A DNA stretch of 64,000 bases from Obrimoposthia wandeli (Eukaryota): positions 1-64,000 of the forward strand of contig CDROCS010006288.1 in the NCBI GenBank assembly GCA_977020255.1, given 5' to 3'. The notes beneath the pieces were generated by a model. It saw only the letters and a list, made by a program, of their open reading frames with translations, had not been told where the DNA came from and made no database searches. The translations under genes and the position numbers were made by a program. Below, in pieces: positions 62,363 to 64,000 of the stretch (positions are counted from its first letter, which is position 1; every line of letters starts with the position of its first letter).

Positions 62363-63922
62363 CTAGTTCGCACTAGCAGCATCAACAGCTGCAGGTTGTA
62401 CTAAATCACCGGTATTATTTCCCCAAGCATTACGCTCATAAGTCACAACTGCGGCTATTTCGGTTTTAGTTAATTGACTACCGAAAGCAGCCATGGCAGG
62501 ATTTTTCTTACTACCGTTAAGCACCATATCTAAGTGCACAGTGATATCCCCCGTTGCAATCACACTGCCCTTAAGCGCAGGAAATGCTGGAGGTAACCCT
62601 GCACCTGTCGGTTGATGACAAGCAACACAAGCCGTCATATAAACTTTTTCGCCCATAGTCATTAATTCATCTTGGCTATACACTTTAGCTAAATCCTCTA
62701 CTGGTGCTTGTTCGGTCATTGTCTCTACCGCATCTTCAACGTTAGTTTCAATTGTTACGGCTCCTGTTGCATCTTGTGCTGTGTTATTAACAGCAGATTT
62801 CACATCAGATGCTTGCACTACATCACCAGTATCATTGCCCCAAGCATTTCTCTCGTAAGTGACTACTGCGGCTATCTCTTTTAAACTCAATTGTTTGCCG
62901 TAAGCTTGCATACCCGTGCCTGCTTTACCATTAAAGACAATATTGAGGTGATCTTCTATCGTACCCGTTGTGGCAACAGGGCTACCTTTTAAGGCAGGGA
63001 AGGCCGGCGGCAAACCTAAACCGGTTGGTTGATGACAAGCTGAGCAGTAGGCTGTGTAAGTTGTTTCACCTAATTGCATAAGCTCTTCTTTTGATATTGA
63101 AGCGTTTAATGAGTCTTGTTCGGCTCTTGCTGCGGCGGCGATACGTTGCTGTTGTTCATTGAGCCAAATGTCATAATCTTCAGCTGATTTTACCTCAACA
63201 ACAATGGGCATAAAACCATGATCTTTTCCGCATAACTCGGCACATTGACCGCGGTAAACACCAGGTTCATCAACTCTAGTCCAGGCTTCATTGATGAATC
63301 CTGGATTAGCATCTTGTTTAACGGCAAAAGCAGGCACCCACCATGAATGGATAACATCATCAGATGTTATTAAAAATCTAACTTTTTTATTGGCAGGAAT
63401 AACAAGTGGCTTATCAACCTCAAGTAAATAGTTTTCACCTTTGACGGCGCTAGTTTCTTGTTGATTTTGGTATTGTTCGCGTGGGGTTGAAAGGACAGAA
63501 TAATATTCAATATCTTGATCAAAGTATTTGTAATGCCATTTCCATTGTGAGCCCGTGATTTGAATCGTAACATCAGAGTTCTCATTGTCCTCCATCGCTA
63601 TCAGTGTTTGTGTAGCAGGCACTGCCATGGCGATTAAAATAACAATGGGTATTGCTGTCCATAAAATTTCTACTTTAGTACTTTCATGAAAATCAGCAGG
63701 TTTTGCACCTTTAGATTTTCGGTGAAAAGCAATCGACCAAAACATAGCGCCAAAAACTAAAATACCGATAGCAGTACAAATATAGAGCACAAGCATATGT
63801 AAATCATATACGTCTCTACTAACAGCAGTAACCCCTTTAGTCAGGTTTAACTGCGTCTCTGCCCAGGCTGAATTGGCAAATAGGCTGGCCAACACTAGCC
63901 AAATTAGCTTATGTTTCCCCAC
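62363..63922 (-). CDS. coxB: Cytochrome c oxidase subunit II with two fused cytochrome c domains
   Basis: CuA ligands HSWW…CAELCGKDHGFM; two CxxCH motifs (CSACH, CVACH); likely GTG start at 63922 with GAGGAG RBS. Confidence 0.95.
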   Translation of the reverse strand: MGKHKLIWLVLASLFANSAWAETQLNLTKGVTAVSRDVYDLHMLVLYICTAIGILVFGAMFWSIAFHRKSKGAKPADFHESTKVEILWTAIPIVILIAMAVPATQTLIAMEDNENSDVTIQITGSQWKWHYKYFDQDIEYYSVLSTPREQYQNQQETSAVKGENYLLEVDKPLVIPANKKVRFLITSDDVIHSWWVPAFAVKQDANPGFINEAWTRVDEPGVYRGQCAELCGKDHGFMPIVVEVKSAEDYDIWLNEQQQRIAAAARAEQDSLNASISKEELMQLGETTYTAYCSACHQPTGLGLPPAFPALKGSPVATTGTIEDHLNIVFNGKAGTGMQAYGKQLSLKEIAAVVTYERNAWGNDTGDVVQASDVKSAVNNTAQDATGAVTIETNVEDAVETMTEQAPVEDLAKVYSQDELMTMGEKVYMTACVACHQPTGAGLPPAFPALKGSVIATGDITVHLDMVLNGSKKNPAMAAFGSQLTKTEIAAVVTYERNAWGNNTGDLVQPAAVDAASAN

Positions 63923-64000
63923 ACGGCATCTCCTCTTTTCAATGATAGAGAACAGATGTGCAGCAATGTACTTCATAATTCACTGAACTGAATATCTGTT

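Overview
64 kb of AT-rich chromosomal DNA from a marine gammaproteobacterium. Gene order and protein sequences suggest Colwellia/Colwelliaceae (inference, no database search possible). Most of the window is conserved backbone: rsmD-ftsYEX-rpoH, tatABC-tatD-hemB, gppA-rhlB-trxA-rho-ubiD-fre, pepD-slmA-coaBC-radC-rpmBG-mutM-coaD, bioH-comF-nfuA and an A1-type cytochrome c oxidase cluster whose subunit II carries two c-type haem domains. Accessory genes are scattered among these. I saw no rRNA, tRNA, CRISPR array, integrase or transposase. The most notable items are: (1) a plasmid-like type Ib ParA plus ribbon-helix-helix partner, preceded by a PilZ gene, between radC and rpmB; (2) a miniature flagellar-axial-like protein paired with an HExxH SprA-related protein; (3) ERIC-like TA-ended non-autonomous repeats in several sizes, with a shared internal hairpin showing compensatory changes; (4) a long coiled-coil protein with 33-aa and 18-aa tandem repeats; (5) an orphan Fe(II)/2OG-type dioxygenase. 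Two genes near the left end carry dense indels that may be uncorrected long-read errors rather than true pseudogenisation.
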